A stretch of DNA of 64,000 nucleotides from Octopus sinensis (lineage: Eukaryota). Shown in pieces: positions 48,826 to 62,361 of this stretch (within the stretch, counting starts at the first letter, position 1; every line of letters begins with the position of its first letter). The position numbers and the translations under genes are program-made. The stretch spans positions 100,068,001 through 100,132,000 of the forward strand of contig NC_043002.1 in NCBI RefSeq assembly GCF_006345805.1, read 5' to 3'. The notes under the pieces are model-generated. The model had not been told where the DNA came from. It made no database searches and saw only the letters and a program-made list of their open reading frames with translations.

Positions 48826-49265
48826 GGTGGTAAGCTGGCAGAATACCTAACATACTGGACGATATGCGTAACGGTATTTCCCCCTTCGCTACGTTGTGAG
48901 CTCAAATTCTACCGAGGTCGACTTTGCTTTACATCTTTTCGGGGTCGATAAATTGAGTACCAGAGAAACACTGGTCTCGATGTAATCGACTAGTCTCCTC
49001 CCCACAAATTCCATGCCTATAGCAGGAAATATTATTATCATTATTATTAAGACCGTGAGCTGGCAGAATCGTTAGCACGCCAAGCAAAAGGTTTAATGAC
49101 ATTTCGTTCGTCCTTACGTTCTGAGTTCAAATTATACCGAGGTCAGTTTTGCCTTTTATCCTTTCGGGGTCGATAAATTACGTACTAGTAAAGCACTGGG
49201 GTCGATCTGACCGAGTAGCCCCTTGCTCAAAAATTTGAAGCCTTGTGCCTCCAGTAGAAAGTATT
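48822..49265 (+). mobile_element. Two tandem SINE B units separated by (ATT)n
   Basis: Two head-core-tail2 units. Confidence 0.85.
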
Positions 49266-50059
49266 ATTTTTATTGTCGTTATTCTTACCTTTCAGATTCC
49301 CACAATTGTTTTGTTTTTTCGTTTGATCCTCTCATACATTTTTGCTATTGTATTTATTTAACCTTAGAAATCTACTGATTTTATATATGAAACAAAGAGG
49401 CACCCAGCATATCTCTCTTCTTCTCTTCGTTTAATACATACTTTCTGTGGCATCCTGGCGTTTTGGAATGGCTATAATGTGTGACAAGAGAAAATGCGGC
49501 TGTTATTTCCAGCAGGTCGAGAATCCCAAGCAATCCCGAGAGGCGCAGTTTACTTGCGTTTCTATAGAGTACAATATATTCCATCTTTCGGTCTGTCCCT
49601 TTATCCTTCCTTCTCTCTATCTCTCACTCTCTTTCTCTTTCTCTCTAATAACACGTGATTTGTCAAAAAATAAACCAATTATGGCTAGCATTCTGATATA
49701 GCAATATAGATTCCTCTTTTACCTGACGAACAACATTTTTTGGTTATTTTAAATTCAAGACTATCAGCGGACAGGATATAATAACTTGCGACCAGACTAA
49801 CGCAATCAATATTCAATGGTTTTATTGTTCATGGATGACTTCTCAATTATCTGAAAAATAGTTGGAACAAGACGACTGAATGAATAAGTCTTTTATTCAA
49901 AATTCACCGAAGAGGAGGAGAAAGAGGGTTCCAGTAAGTCAAAACCGGTGAAGTTAATTACACGTCCTCGCGCCAGTTTGATTTTTTTTCTGCTAGTGGG
50001 ACAGACGTATAAGATATTTGTGTTATACACGAGATATAATTCTTGTGTATGTATATGCA

Positions 50060-50061
50060 CA

Positions 50062-50109
<48 letters not shown>

Positions 50110-50153
50110 ATATTTGTGCATATGTGTGCACATGTATATGTCTATGTATATGC

Positions 50154-50191
<38 letters not shown>

Positions 50192-50390
50192 TTATGTGTG
50201 CACATGTATATGTCTACTTATATGCATTTACATATATATATATTTATGTTCATTAATATGTATGCATATGCGTGTGCGTGTATATGCATGTATATGTATA
50301 CATATATATATATGCCTGCGTATATATTTGAATACATATAATCGTATATATGTGTGCACATATATGTCTGTGAGTGTGTGTGTGTAGAAT
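50060..50390 (+). repeat. (TA)n/(TATG)n/(TG)n compound low-complexity tract
   Basis: Direct reading. Confidence 0.9.
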
Positions 50391-51879
50391 ATAAGGCATA
50401 GATAATAGTTACTACATATTTTCATTATATATACTTATATATTTGTGTATATGTTACTATGGATTTTGGACATGCCTATACGTTTTACCAAACGTCAAAA
50501 TACAAAAGGATATGATTTGTTGGTGGAGAGATAGTTCTTGGCGTGAAATTATTCTCGCAAATAGCTATAACCTATATTTGTTCAAAAGCCAAAAGATTAT
50601 TATTGTAATATGTCGGCAATAACCTCGGGAACCCTAAGGTTCTGAAGTGAAAAGAACCTGACTTTAAAAAAAAATTTAACAATTGTTGATCTCTTCCTTC
50701 AGCTTCCAGTTTAAAATAATGATAATGGTTAACCAAATACTTTATATCATATATTGGGAATTTTGCTTGAATTTGCACTTATATATGCGTATATTTACCT
50801 ACTATTTACATATTTGATGTGTTATTCTTTGTTACGTTATATTTGGTATTTATTTGTAAAAGCATTTAATTATAATTTAGAAGAAAAAATTGGTAATTCC
50901 TCTATAACTTAAGTCAGTGGAAATTTTTATGACCAAAGAGAAAGAAAATGATTCTCCAATGATATATGATCATAAATTTATTTTAATTAATTTGAATAAG
51001 TTTATAAATTTCTTTATGATTTGATGTGGTATAAGTGACTTTGCTATGGTCTTCGAAGACGGTCTGTAACACTAAATCCATTTTAAAATGTGACAAGATG
51101 GCATGGTTTCAAAGACAACTGCAAAGAAATGACGTCCGGGGGTCGGGGGACTCATTGATCTTGCTAGCGCAGGCCTTCATTGTTCAACAAGTTTTGGTTT
51201 CTATATTCCCTTCCAGGACTTGCGATCCTGAGAGATTTAACATCACCCTTGTTAAAAAGTTGTCTTTTCTCCAGAATTTTTATTTTTAACCTCCCATTGT
51301 ATTTGAAATGATTTACAATTGCACATTTAACCCATTTACAATTTCCTTTCCAGAAAGTACTGTCACTTTACTAATGATTTAAGTTTTCGTTAATTTTTCC
51401 GTTACAATGTTTAACGAAATTAGTTCGAATTTCTAACATATGTATGTGTGTCTATGTTTCTTTGTATGAGGGTGTAAATATATATATGTGTGTGTGGCTT
51501 TACATAACTTTTAATGAATTATTAAATTAATTTTGGTAAATTTATGAGGTACTAATTCAATAAATAGCCTCGATTTTGTAATAAAAAACATAAAATTAAA
51601 AACACAAAAGGAGAAATGCAAGTTGAATACATTTATGGGTGAAATTTATTAAAAATCAATATAACAGAAAATTTCAGGGCATAAAGTTATTATTATACGT
51701 TCACATTCTGTGAACAAAACGTATAGGAATTATAATTTAAGCGTAACTGCTTTATCAGTTATCATAGATATATTCTGTTGAATAATATAATTTGACAAAT
51801 TGTGGTACTTTAGTGACGTCTTTGCCCTGTATGTATGAATATGCATGTTACTGGATATATACATACATACATATATACA

Positions 51880-51911
<32 letters not shown>

Positions 51912-51921
51912 CATAAATATA

Positions 51922-51962
<41 letters not shown>

Positions 51963-51963
51963 A

Positions 51964-52370
51964 AAACTTAGATAAACTTAGATATGTTTCGACCAAAGTT
52001 TGGTCCAGGCCATGTCTAACTTAATAGCACCACCTGATAGGATTATTTGAATCCTGTTTAAGTCAAGTTTTGTTTATGGTCCATTCAAGTAGTGAGTTTT
52101 TGTTGGGTGAGTTGTATCCAATTATGGGTGGCTTATCTGGTATTCTTTGAAGGAATCTATCCAGACTCCGTTTAAAGTTGATGGGATCCTTTTCCCCATT
52201 GATCCCTTTAGGGATAATGTTAAATAGGGCAGGGCCTGTAAAGAAAAGAAATTATGTTGCAGCGTACATGTATGCTGTGATCTTGAATTGGGCAGGGGAC
52301 TTATGGCCCGTGGTCCCAGTCTTGGATGAACCTTGAAGCTAACGTTCAGGTCGTTTGGGCAAAGTTGGCG
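51964..52370 (-). pseudogene. 3' end of a CR1/L2-group LINE
   Basis: Minus translation [39 protein letters not shown]; short 3' UTR ending in (TATCTAAGTT)2. Confidence 0.75.
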
Positions 52371-52383
52371 GTATGTGTGTAGG

Positions 52384-52415
<32 letters not shown>

Positions 52416-52529
52416 ATATATATATATATATGTATGTATGTAATGTATGTATATGTATGTATGTATATGTATGTATATGTATGTATATGTATGTATGTAT
52501 ATGTATGTGTATATATATGTATACATATG

Positions 52530-52566
<37 letters not shown>

Positions 52567-52690
52567 TTATATATATATGTATATATATAGTGTGATCTCT
52601 TGAACCACATCTGCATGTTCACATAAATCAAATGCATTTATATAGATGTTATATTTCAGATGATATCTATCTACGTATATATATATATAC

Positions 52691-52766
<76 letters not shown>

Positions 52767-53141
52767 TGTATAAAGACAGAGAGAGAGAGAAAATTTATTT
52801 GTGTAGATTGAGAACTGCTTCTTTCGAAAAACCTATTTAAGTCACAAACATGTACATATTTGATTTTTGATATTTCATTTTTCCTCCTTCATTCTTAGTT
52901 TGGAGCATATAGTTTTCCTAAAATCAGTCGTTCATTTCGAAACATCATGAGGTTGAACTGAATAGGAAATGCGTATATTTTCATGAGCTTTGTGTTGCGT
53001 TTCAAAGGATTGTTTGAGTGTCTGAAGTGTGTGGGTTCTGTTTTGCATCGCCAAATTTTCAAGGGTTAAATCATAAAATTTTCTTAGTTTCGTCTATCAT
53101 GCCTGCGTGATGCTTTTTGGATTATATATTTTAACAGAGAA

Positions 53142-53186
<45 letters not shown>

Positions 53187-53295
53187 GTGTGTGTGTAATA
53201 TACAACATATATATATATATTTTATATATCTATCTATCTATATAATGTATATATCAATATATATGTATATATCTATATATATATATATATATATG

Positions 53296-53677
53296 TGGAG
53301 GCGCAATGGCCCAATGGTTAGGGCAGCGGACTCGCGGTCATAAGATCGTGGTTTCGATTCCCAGACCGGGCGTTGTGGGTGTTTATTGAGCGAAAACACG
53401 TAAAGCTCTGCGAGGCTCTGGCAGGGATGGTGGTGATCCCTGTTGTACTCTTTCACCACAACTTTCCCTCACTCTTACTTCCTGTTTCTGTTGTACCTGT
53501 ATTTCAAAGGGCCGGCCTTGTCACTCTCTGTGTCACGCTGAATATCCCCGAGAACTACGTTAAGGGTACACCTGTCCGTGGAGTGCTCAGCCACTTACAC
53601 GTTAATTTCACCAGCAGGCTGTTCCGTTGATTCGGATCAACCGGAACCCTCATCGTCGTAACCGACGGAGTGCTTCC
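53296..53677 (+). mobile_element. Full-length tRNA-derived SINE family A (~380 bp) between TA-rich arrays
   Basis: A box TGGCCCAATGG, B box GGTTTCGATTCC, body and tail shared with the other copies. Confidence 0.93.
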
Positions 53678-53684
53678 ACATTCC

Positions 53685-54210
53685 ACATATGTATATATCT
53701 ATATATATATGTACATATATATATATATATATGTATATATCTATATATCTGTATATATCTATATATCTGTATATATCTATATATCTGTATATATGTATAT
53801 ATCTGCATATATGTATATATCTGCATATATGTATATATCTGTATATATGTATATATCTATATATATGTATATATCTATATATATGTATATATCTATATAT
53901 ATGTATATATCTGTATATATGTATATATCTATATATATGTATATATCTGTATATATGTATATATCTATATATATGTATATATCTATATATATGTATATAT
54001 CTATATATATGTATATATATGTATATATCTATATATCTGCATATATCTATATATATGTATATATCTGCATATATGTATATATCTGTATATATGTATATAT
54101 CTGTATATATGTATATATCTATATATATGTATATATCTATATATATGTATATATTTATATATATGTATATATATATATATATATGTATGTATATATGTAT
54201 ATATATATAT
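53685..54210 (+). repeat. 18-bp minisatellite TATATATGTATATATCT(A/G) with variants
   Basis: [12 protein letters not shown] periodicity in the spurious ORFs corresponds to an 18-nt unit. Confidence 0.88.
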
Positions 54211-55424
54211 GTTTGGATGTGTGAATATGTATAATGTGTGTGTGTGTGTGTGTGTGTGTCAATGCCTGTATTCATGTGAATATACTTACGATGTTCTTGT
54301 CTGTAGGTAAATGAAATATGGATTTGGCTACAATGAATGAGCAACAACCTTGCTGCATATTTCCATTTCGTATTTTAACATATTTTTGACATTTTCGCAG
54401 TTACATTAAGTTAATATTATTGTTCTATCGTGTTATTATTTCGGCAGCACACAAAGTAAAACCGTTAGGAAGCTCTGAGAACATTTAATGTGTCTCAGCA
54501 CGTATCAGTATAAACATGGCATACAATTAATATATCCTATGACCTTATTTGTTGCCTCAACTCCGTTCTGGATATTCTTAGTTTTTGCTACTAATAATAT
54601 GTACATTATTGTGTCAATCCCACTTTTTTATGAGACTAATATGCCTTTTCGCCAGTTTAGATTATACGGGTGTTTATATACATTTGTTTTTTCCGACAGA
54701 GTACAATATATAAATCTCCTTTCAAACAAATCTTGCAGTCTGGAGTATTGTTTATACAACGTAATCCAAGGTACACAGATGTCGACACGACCCATCCAGG
54801 GTGTTCTGGTCTAACCAACAACTTAGATCTTTACATTGTTTTGTCAGTTTATTTTCTAACGATGCTCTATAACTCTTTTGGGTCATTGAAATCCTTAGAG
54901 AGTTTCTCAACGTGATTTATATCAGATACCAAAGATTTAAATAAGAATTTTCAAGAAGTCTTCATTAAAGTCAATAGACACGACGTAATTTTGGTTTCAT
55001 CAACTTGATAGGTTTACGTCAAGTATTCTGACATACTAAAGGCTTCCTGATATTTGCTTGTGAACGCCAAGTTTTAAAATGGCTTCGACAATGTTCACAC
55101 AATCATAGTTACATATTCATACATAAACTTGTTTCGTTATCGTTTTCATATACAGTTTAGCTAAGATGTACCCTATCTACACTGATGTAATTTCTTCAAT
55201 GATAACTGGCAAAGAGAACTTCATCTAATGAATGTAATGACTTTCATATCACCTGCGCTACATGTTCATACAAATGCGAAGTTGTTTGACAATATCTGCC
55301 TGTGGATTCGATCGCACATTGGCCATCTTTCCACTTCCTTAGCCTCTTGTTGCCCATTACTTTGCAAGTACAATCTGGTTGAGTGCTGACGTGGAAAACA
55401 TGCTATATTTTATATACTATATTT

Positions 55425-55818
55425 TTCTTTACTAGTTTCAGCTCAAGTTGCACCCGTGCTGGCGCACCGCTGTTAGATTTGCTTACACTTTGCAGTTGGT
55501 GAATGAAGAAGTTCCACGTTACTGCCCTCCTAATAGTTTCCTGCTGCGTGGTAGGTTCATCCGCAGCTCCTGGAAGAGGGAGACCCAGTTTTGTTTTGAG
55601 TACACCTACATCCAACCCATGTAGGTCCCTCATGCATTTAGGAAGGATATTCAAGAGATGTAGGCTCAAGCTGTTGCAGTATGGGGTCTTGTATCCTGAT
55701 ACCAATGCTGGAATTTTTGCACTATGCAGTGGCGCCCCTTTCTACTGTTTGTGTATCTTTGAATGCCATAGTTTGGTACGAGTTCAAGCATTTTCCAGGT
55801 GTAATGATGCTGGGTATT
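55425..55818 (-). pseudogene. 3' end of a second CR1/L2-group LINE
   Basis: YTWKMLELVPNYGIQ.Y.N.RRGRHC; YCNSLSL..LNILPK..RDL...VGVLKTKL..L...ADEP; 3' UTR GCGGTGCGCCAGCACGGGTGCA...CTGAAACTAGTAAA. Confidence 0.78.
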
Positions 55819-55908
55819 GAATGGTCTGTGATCTTAAAAATCATATGATTTGTGTAAACGTGTGTGTGATACATTAAATGTTTTTAATCGCCATCCAAGG
55901 ATAATTGT

Positions 55909-55946
<38 letters not shown>

Positions 55947-56384
55947 TGGGTTTCTTCACAGAATCTGTCTACTGTTATACACACATACACGCACACATTA
56001 GTAAATAAGTACTGTGTTTGAAGGTGATTCTACGGTAACAGATTTTATCATTAAAAAATTTACAAAAATCCTGAATTAGAGAGCTCCATTCAATGAAGAA
56101 AATCTATATTGTTTAAATCACCTATTTTCTGAGAGACAAAACGGAGGCATTTCTGTGACACACAATATGTATTCATTGATGTGTAACTATTTGGTATGAG
56201 CACTTTACTTGTATGATGTGATATTCAAGGTGGCCGTTTGACACGGTGGTTGGAATCAGAGATAAACTGCTGTGAAGTATGCATTTCGTGCCTTTGCGTT
56301 CTGAGTTCCTGTCCCACTAAGGTCAACATTAGAAAACCACCTGTCGTGAACGATGACGTGCCAGTCATGTTCTGAGATCTATAT

Positions 56385-56880
56385 TTTTCTTCTTCTTCTT
56401 CTTTTCTTCTTCTTCTTCTTCTTCTTCTTCTTCTTCTTCTTCTCTTCCCTATCTTCTTCTTCCCTATCTTCTTCTTCCCTATCTTCTTCTTCTTCTCTAT
56501 CTTCTTCTTCTTATTATTATATTTTTCTTTTCTTTTTCTTCTTTTTCTTTTTCTCTTTTTCTTCTTCTTTTTTTCTTTTCGTCTTTTTTTTTCTTCTTTT
56601 TCTTTTTCTCTTCTTTTCTTCTTTGCTTCTTCTTCTTTTTTTCTTTTCTTCTCTGCTTCTTATCTATTCTTGCTTTTCTTCTTCTTTTCTTCTTCTTCTT
56701 TTCTTCTTCTTTCTTCTTCTTCTTCTTCTTTTTCTTTTTCTTCTTCGTCTTCTTTTCTTCTTTTTTTTTTTTTTTTTTTGTTTTCTTTTTTTTTTCTCTT
56801 CTTTTTTTTTTTTTTTTTTTTTTTCCTCTTCGTCTTCTTCTTTTTCTTTTCCTTCTTCTTCTTCTTCTTCATCATCATGT
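56385..56880 (+). repeat. ~500-bp polypyrimidine (CTT)n/T-rich tract
   Basis: Direct reading. Confidence 0.95.
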
Positions 56881-57775
56881 GTTTGCATGTGTTGAAGAAA
56901 TCGGCAGCTTAGAGCCAGGGAGTGTTGGGATCTGGCAGTTTAAAAAATGAATGTTGAAAGCTCCGTCGGTACTTTTAGGGTGAAAGCTGTAAAAATTTTA
57001 ATTCGGTACATTTGAAGGAATATTATTTGTGTAAACTCGATGACTGGATAGCCATTAGGTCGTCAGCTGCTGTTCTACAGAAGCAGTTTTATCGAATCCT
57101 CAATATCGGTTTTTACTAACGCCAGTATGGTTAAAAGCAATGTGTCTATTGCCCTTTGATATGTTTTACAAAATCGGTAGATATGAAATTTCTTATATTC
57201 CCCAAGTTGAGAGAAAGCGTACATGTGCGTGGATACAATGCGTTATATTTTGCGTACACCAATTTTATGCGCTTTATCGGATATTTTCTAACAGCGCAAT
57301 TTTTTTCTCCGATATCACTAAACTTTTGTTTATCGGAATACTTTAAGTGCAGTAATATGAACGATGGACATTTGACATTGCAAAGGTGAACTTTTAAATG
57401 TTTATAAAACATTTTGTAAAGTTTATAGAAATTTTCCAAACTCCAATCCTTTAAGCGGTTGATGTTGGCTTCAAACTGATTTAATTATTTAGCCGTCACT
57501 ACAGAAACGCAGAACATATCTAATGGTATTTCAGTAACATTGTTGACTTAAGACTCGTCATGTTAGAGTCTGAAACATACTTAATGTGTATATGTCTTTG
57601 TGCCCACATCTTTTGTGTGCGTATGTCTCTGTGAGTCCGTTTGTCTGTTGATCTGCAGGACTTTGAAATCATTTTATTTTATCGAGCGACAGCAATTGAA
57701 TCAGTTCTTCTAGAAAAGGAACATGTATAGTTTTACTCTTTCGTTTTTAGAACTAATTTTCATTATGTAACATTG

Positions 57776-57825
<50 letters not shown>

Positions 57826-57835
57826 TATATATATG

Positions 57836-58166
57836 AATAAATGAAAGAATGGAGTCGAACGAAGATGTTAACAAAATTCCTTTACTCTCGACATATGTTT
57901 CGAAGACAACATGGTTTCATTCCAAAAGAATAAAGGGTGCATTATGCAATCTTCTCATCAAGAAAGAAAGGGAGTCTCGCTCGACAACAAGACAAACAAA
58001 AATTTCGATGACTGCCTACATGGTAAACAAAACGATAATGAACCCGAAGTTTCTACCCTTGGACAGGTAGCTACAACCGTGTTTCTGACGTGAATTTGCT
58101 ACCCAGGTTTCGGTTCAACGAATTTCCCATGCTGACGATAAACATAGGATAATTCATTCACCTATT

Positions 58167-58170
<4 letters not shown>
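57836..58170 (-). mobile_element. ~335-bp solo hammerhead-bearing element between (TA)n arrays (probable PLE pseudo-LTR)
   Basis: Non-repetitive island flanked by TA arrays; HHR located ~55 nt from the left end. Confidence 0.55.
57885..57966 (-). ncRNA. Near-canonical minimal type I hammerhead ribozyme motif
   Basis: Minus: CTTTC-TTGATGA-GAAGA-(43 nt)-TCTTC-GAAAC-ATAT-GTC-GAGAG; stems I and II 5 bp each, palindromic ACATATGT stem III, GUC cleavage triplet; the only core deviation is C3U. Confidence 0.72.
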
Positions 58171-58206
<36 letters not shown>

Positions 58207-59854
58207 AAAAAGGGTAAATACCTCATTCAGGGATAGCAAAATCCTATGAATGTTGAACATTACAGTTAATACTCAACTGCAAGGTAACTATATAGACTGA
58301 GGTTTATATACATATTTATTTATTATAATAATCTTTAAAAAATAGAGAGGTAGTTAATAAATTATTATTTATTAGTTAATAAAATTATTAAGTAAAAATT
58401 ATTTTAAATTCGATTCTCACCAGAGGTAATTTAATATATGCAAAATGGGTACTCAATTCCTGCATGTTGAGTAAACGGCTGACGAGATTCAACATACAAA
58501 TAATTTTTAATTTTATTAATTAATCTTCTGAAGATTTGGATTTGGAACAGCTGTAAAGGATGTTTCTCAATTTATATATATATATATATGTATATATATA
58601 TAGGCTACGGCATTCCATGGTTTACAAGGCCAAAGTACGAAATTTGCAAAACACCAATTATTTCCGACCGGCCAATGGAATTATTGCCCACTTGAATTTA
58701 GAATGCCAGTTTTCCTTTAAACAAATTGGCAGCACAAATTTGAACGAAAATTTACAAGAACTTAAGGATTAGCTCTATATCCCTGTTTCTTTTAAATATC
58801 AAATATGTACAGATAACTAATGTATATTTTGTGTTAAGCCAAAATAGCAAACAGGAGCATTGATCTACTGCTTGGTAATCTTTTGCCCTGTAGATCAAAG
58901 CTTTTGAAATGTTATTATTCATAGGTTTGTAGCATTCAAAACTGCACAAGCTAAATTATTACAAGAATGGTTTGCATTAATCGTGGGTTTGGTTTTTAAA
59001 ATGATGGTGATTTTTTTATGAAATGGGAAAAAAAATTCTTGGAGAAGGCTCCAGCATTATGAGAACGGAGATTTAAACGTAGCAGTGCATAATGTCGTAA
59101 GATATTTCTAGGTCAGCACTTAGGCAAGAGATTAATGCGATAAATGTAAAGTAACACGCAAAAAATTAGCTGTATTTATAATATAGTTGGCAAAACGTAT
59201 TTTTAAAATCTATTTAGAGGTGGCAGTTCATTTTACGAAATTGAATAGAACATCTTCTCCATATAAACCGCCTCACAATTTAGAGAAATTTGTTGTATGA
59301 AGGTCCAACATATAATAATTTTCAATTATTTCGCACTATTTAACTGCATCATACGACTTCAAGGTAACATCAAAGCAGTTTCTTCCGTTTTTTATGAAAA
59401 AGGTATTTATTTTATCCCGAAGCATGCAAGATATTAATATTATATTTCTATGAAAATGTGAAGCTTAATGAAAACGTGGTTTAGAAAAGGAAGGATAACT
59501 GTCTATAACATCGAAATGAGTAAATGTCCATTTTATTATTATTTTTTCCATTTTGATACCGTCGTACAGTTCTATTACAAACACACTATTATTCCATAAT
59601 AGAGGAGAAATTGCATTCTGTTTGTTCCAAGTATGATTGGATGGCTGCTGTCCTTGCTAAATATACCAAATTCGCTTTTACTAAGGTTAATTAATCTGCA
59701 TCTCGTGTTAGTAATTTATCTTGTGATAAGATGCAATTTAGGATTTACGCAAGGCCAAATATTGAAATTTGTCGTCTATTTAAAGGTTTGTGGTAATGTC
59801 CTTGCTTCCAGTGTATATTAAATTATATGTATTGATGTTAGGTATTTGATAGTA

Positions 59855-60900
59855 CGAGGTAGTATCAAAACGTTCCAGGATTAGGTATATTTAATAAAAA
59901 AATAATTTATTTGTCCAAGGTTTAATATCATCTCCTTCGGAATAGCCACTTTTTGCAGCAAAACACTGGCCACAGTATTCTTGCCAATTTGGAATCCGCC
60001 CTGGAAGTCGTTTCTTGGAGAATTACCATAAATCTGGATTTCCTAAGTCTGGCGAACAGGGCGGGTGCAGAAGCAATACCAAGTCGTTTTGGGCCAGAAA
60101 CTCACGAGTGAGAAAAGCTTGATGACAGAGTATATTGTTGACGTGAAGTATCCAATTTTTCCCGCTCCACAGGATCCGGTCGCTTTCACCGAATGTCCAC
60201 CCTCAACGCTTGAAAACGTTGCAGTGGAACTCTCGATTGACACATTCTGGACGCATAAAACTGCGGATGTCGAAAAGAAATCGATGAACATGATTTTGAT
60301 TGAGCTGCAGCTCTGTCGTGCCGTTTTCGGTCGCGGAGATTCAGCGCTCTTCCATTGTGACAATTGCTGTGTCGTCTCAGGGTCGTACCTGTGTCTCGAA
60401 CTCTTGTAACCGGCGATGATCGTCGCCACGATGACGAAGATCTTGACTGACTTGAACGCGATGTTCCTTCCGCTCAGTGACCAGCAGGCGGGGAAGCTTG
60501 GCAGAGACACGCTCCATCTTCACTTCAGGCGTTACGATTATCTTTATGGACTCCCGTAAGACACACCAACAACATCAAAAATGTTATTGATTGTCTTCCA
60601 TCGATTATTGTGCACAAAGTGTTGAATTTTCCCCCTCCACATTTCCAGGAATGACGCTTGTGGCAGGTCCTCCAGATAACTCATCGTCATCCAGAGCATG
60701 TCCTCCGCTTTTGAAGCGCCCGTGCCGCTCGAAATATTGCGTACAACCCACTGTCCCGTCACCGTAAGCTTGCCGAAGCATGGTCAATATCTCTGTAACA
60801 GACTTCCCATGTTTAACGCAAAATTTCACACGTTGGCTTCTTATTCGAACTTGTTGTGCATAACAAAATCGCAGACTACAGCGTAAATGTGATCGTAAAA
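59855..60900 (-). mobile_element. Second, decayed mariner transposon (only one TIR evident)
   Basis: TA-CGAGGTAGTATCAAAACGTTCC end; fragments VKFCVKHGKS..MLRQAYGD..RFKSG..DDDELSG and YDPETTQQLSQWKSAESPRPK.ARQS.SSIKIM..FF. Confidence 0.85.
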
Positions 60901-61914
60901 CCACAAATTTCAAAACTTGCGAATGTCACTCGGCCCACTGCCTATCTCATGCAGGTCACTGCTAGCTTTTAACGGGCACGTAACTGTGTATTGCCGTTTG
61001 CTCGTTTCTAACTAAACTGTACAAAACCATCAACGGGATTCGCTTTATTATATATTCATGTAATCCCCCATTAAGCCCCTTCTCGGCCACGTCATTATTT
61101 GCCTCTTTTCTACTCTCTCATATCTAGGACACTAACTATCCATTCAATCTTAATTGTTTTTCCTTCGACTTTTCTATCTCAACTACAACTATTCACCATA
61201 AATGCCAAGTACCTAAATATCCTCCCACCGAGATCGTTGGTTTCTAAGCCATAAAATATCCCTGTCTACTCCAGCATTCACTTGCACTTAGATCTACCAA
61301 ACTTAACTAATTTAAGCTTGTTCTTAACTCTACCTTGACCTCCATGTTCTTTGAGTTATACCAATATACTACACTTGTGGTTGTAGATGTTGAAATGGGC
61401 CTTAGTTGCAGCAATGTAGCAGTGGGTTATATATACATAGGGTCTTTTAAAGGTGTATACCAATGATCTTTTCGGCACTCTTGCACACATTTAGTATAAA
61501 CTCATGACCTTCATTTGTTCTATTCCATCGCAGATATTATCGACAGATCTAAAATTCTCACTGCTTTTCATAATAAATCGCTTCACATCAAATCTCATAA
61601 CAGAACTGGAATCCCATTCTAGCAATTTCTAAAACACCGACGAATATACAGTGAAGACTCCTATTTACCCCCTATCCGATAAAATGCTCAATATTTTGTA
61701 GAAGATTGCTCCATTTACTTCAATAACTTGGTATTCCAAAGATCTCAGATACTGATTAGCCCTAAAATTTTACCTCTAAATGCACACATTTGAACGAAAA
61801 CCTCTACGGCATTTCAGTTGTACACTCCGGCTCTTGACCGAAATCTCTTCCATAATGTCTCCCAATTCATTCCTGCCTACCTGTCCTACGCTCCCTCCGT
61901 TCACCGTATGCATT

Positions 61915-61956
<42 letters not shown>

Positions 61957-62043
61957 ATATATATATAATATATATGCACTTGCTGCTGTTTATATTCGTG
62001 CGTGTTTTGCATAGGTAGGCATGCAAGTATATTTGTGTAAGTA

Positions 62044-62275
62044 AAGGTGGCGAACTGGCAGAATCGTTAGCACGTCGGGCGAAATGCTTAGCGTTATTTC
62101 ATCTGCCGCTACGTTCTCGGTACAAATTCCGCCGAGGTTGACTTTGCCTTTCATCCTTTCGGAGTCGATAAATAAGTACCAGGTTCGCACTGCGGTCGAT
62201 GTAATCGACTTAATACCTATGTCTATCCTTGTTTGTCCCCTCTATGTTTAGCCCCTTGTGGCCAATAAAGAAATA
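62044..62275 (+). mobile_element. SINE B monomer
   Basis: Complete head-core-tail1. Confidence 0.9.
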
Positions 62276-62329
62276 TATATTTGTGTAAGCATACAGATAT
62301 ACAAATAAATATATGCGTGCGCACATTTC

Positions 62330-62361
<32 letters not shown>

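Noticed and set aside
56353-56912. Poly-F/S and poly-K/E ORFs
   Set aside because: Artefacts of the (CTT)n tract.
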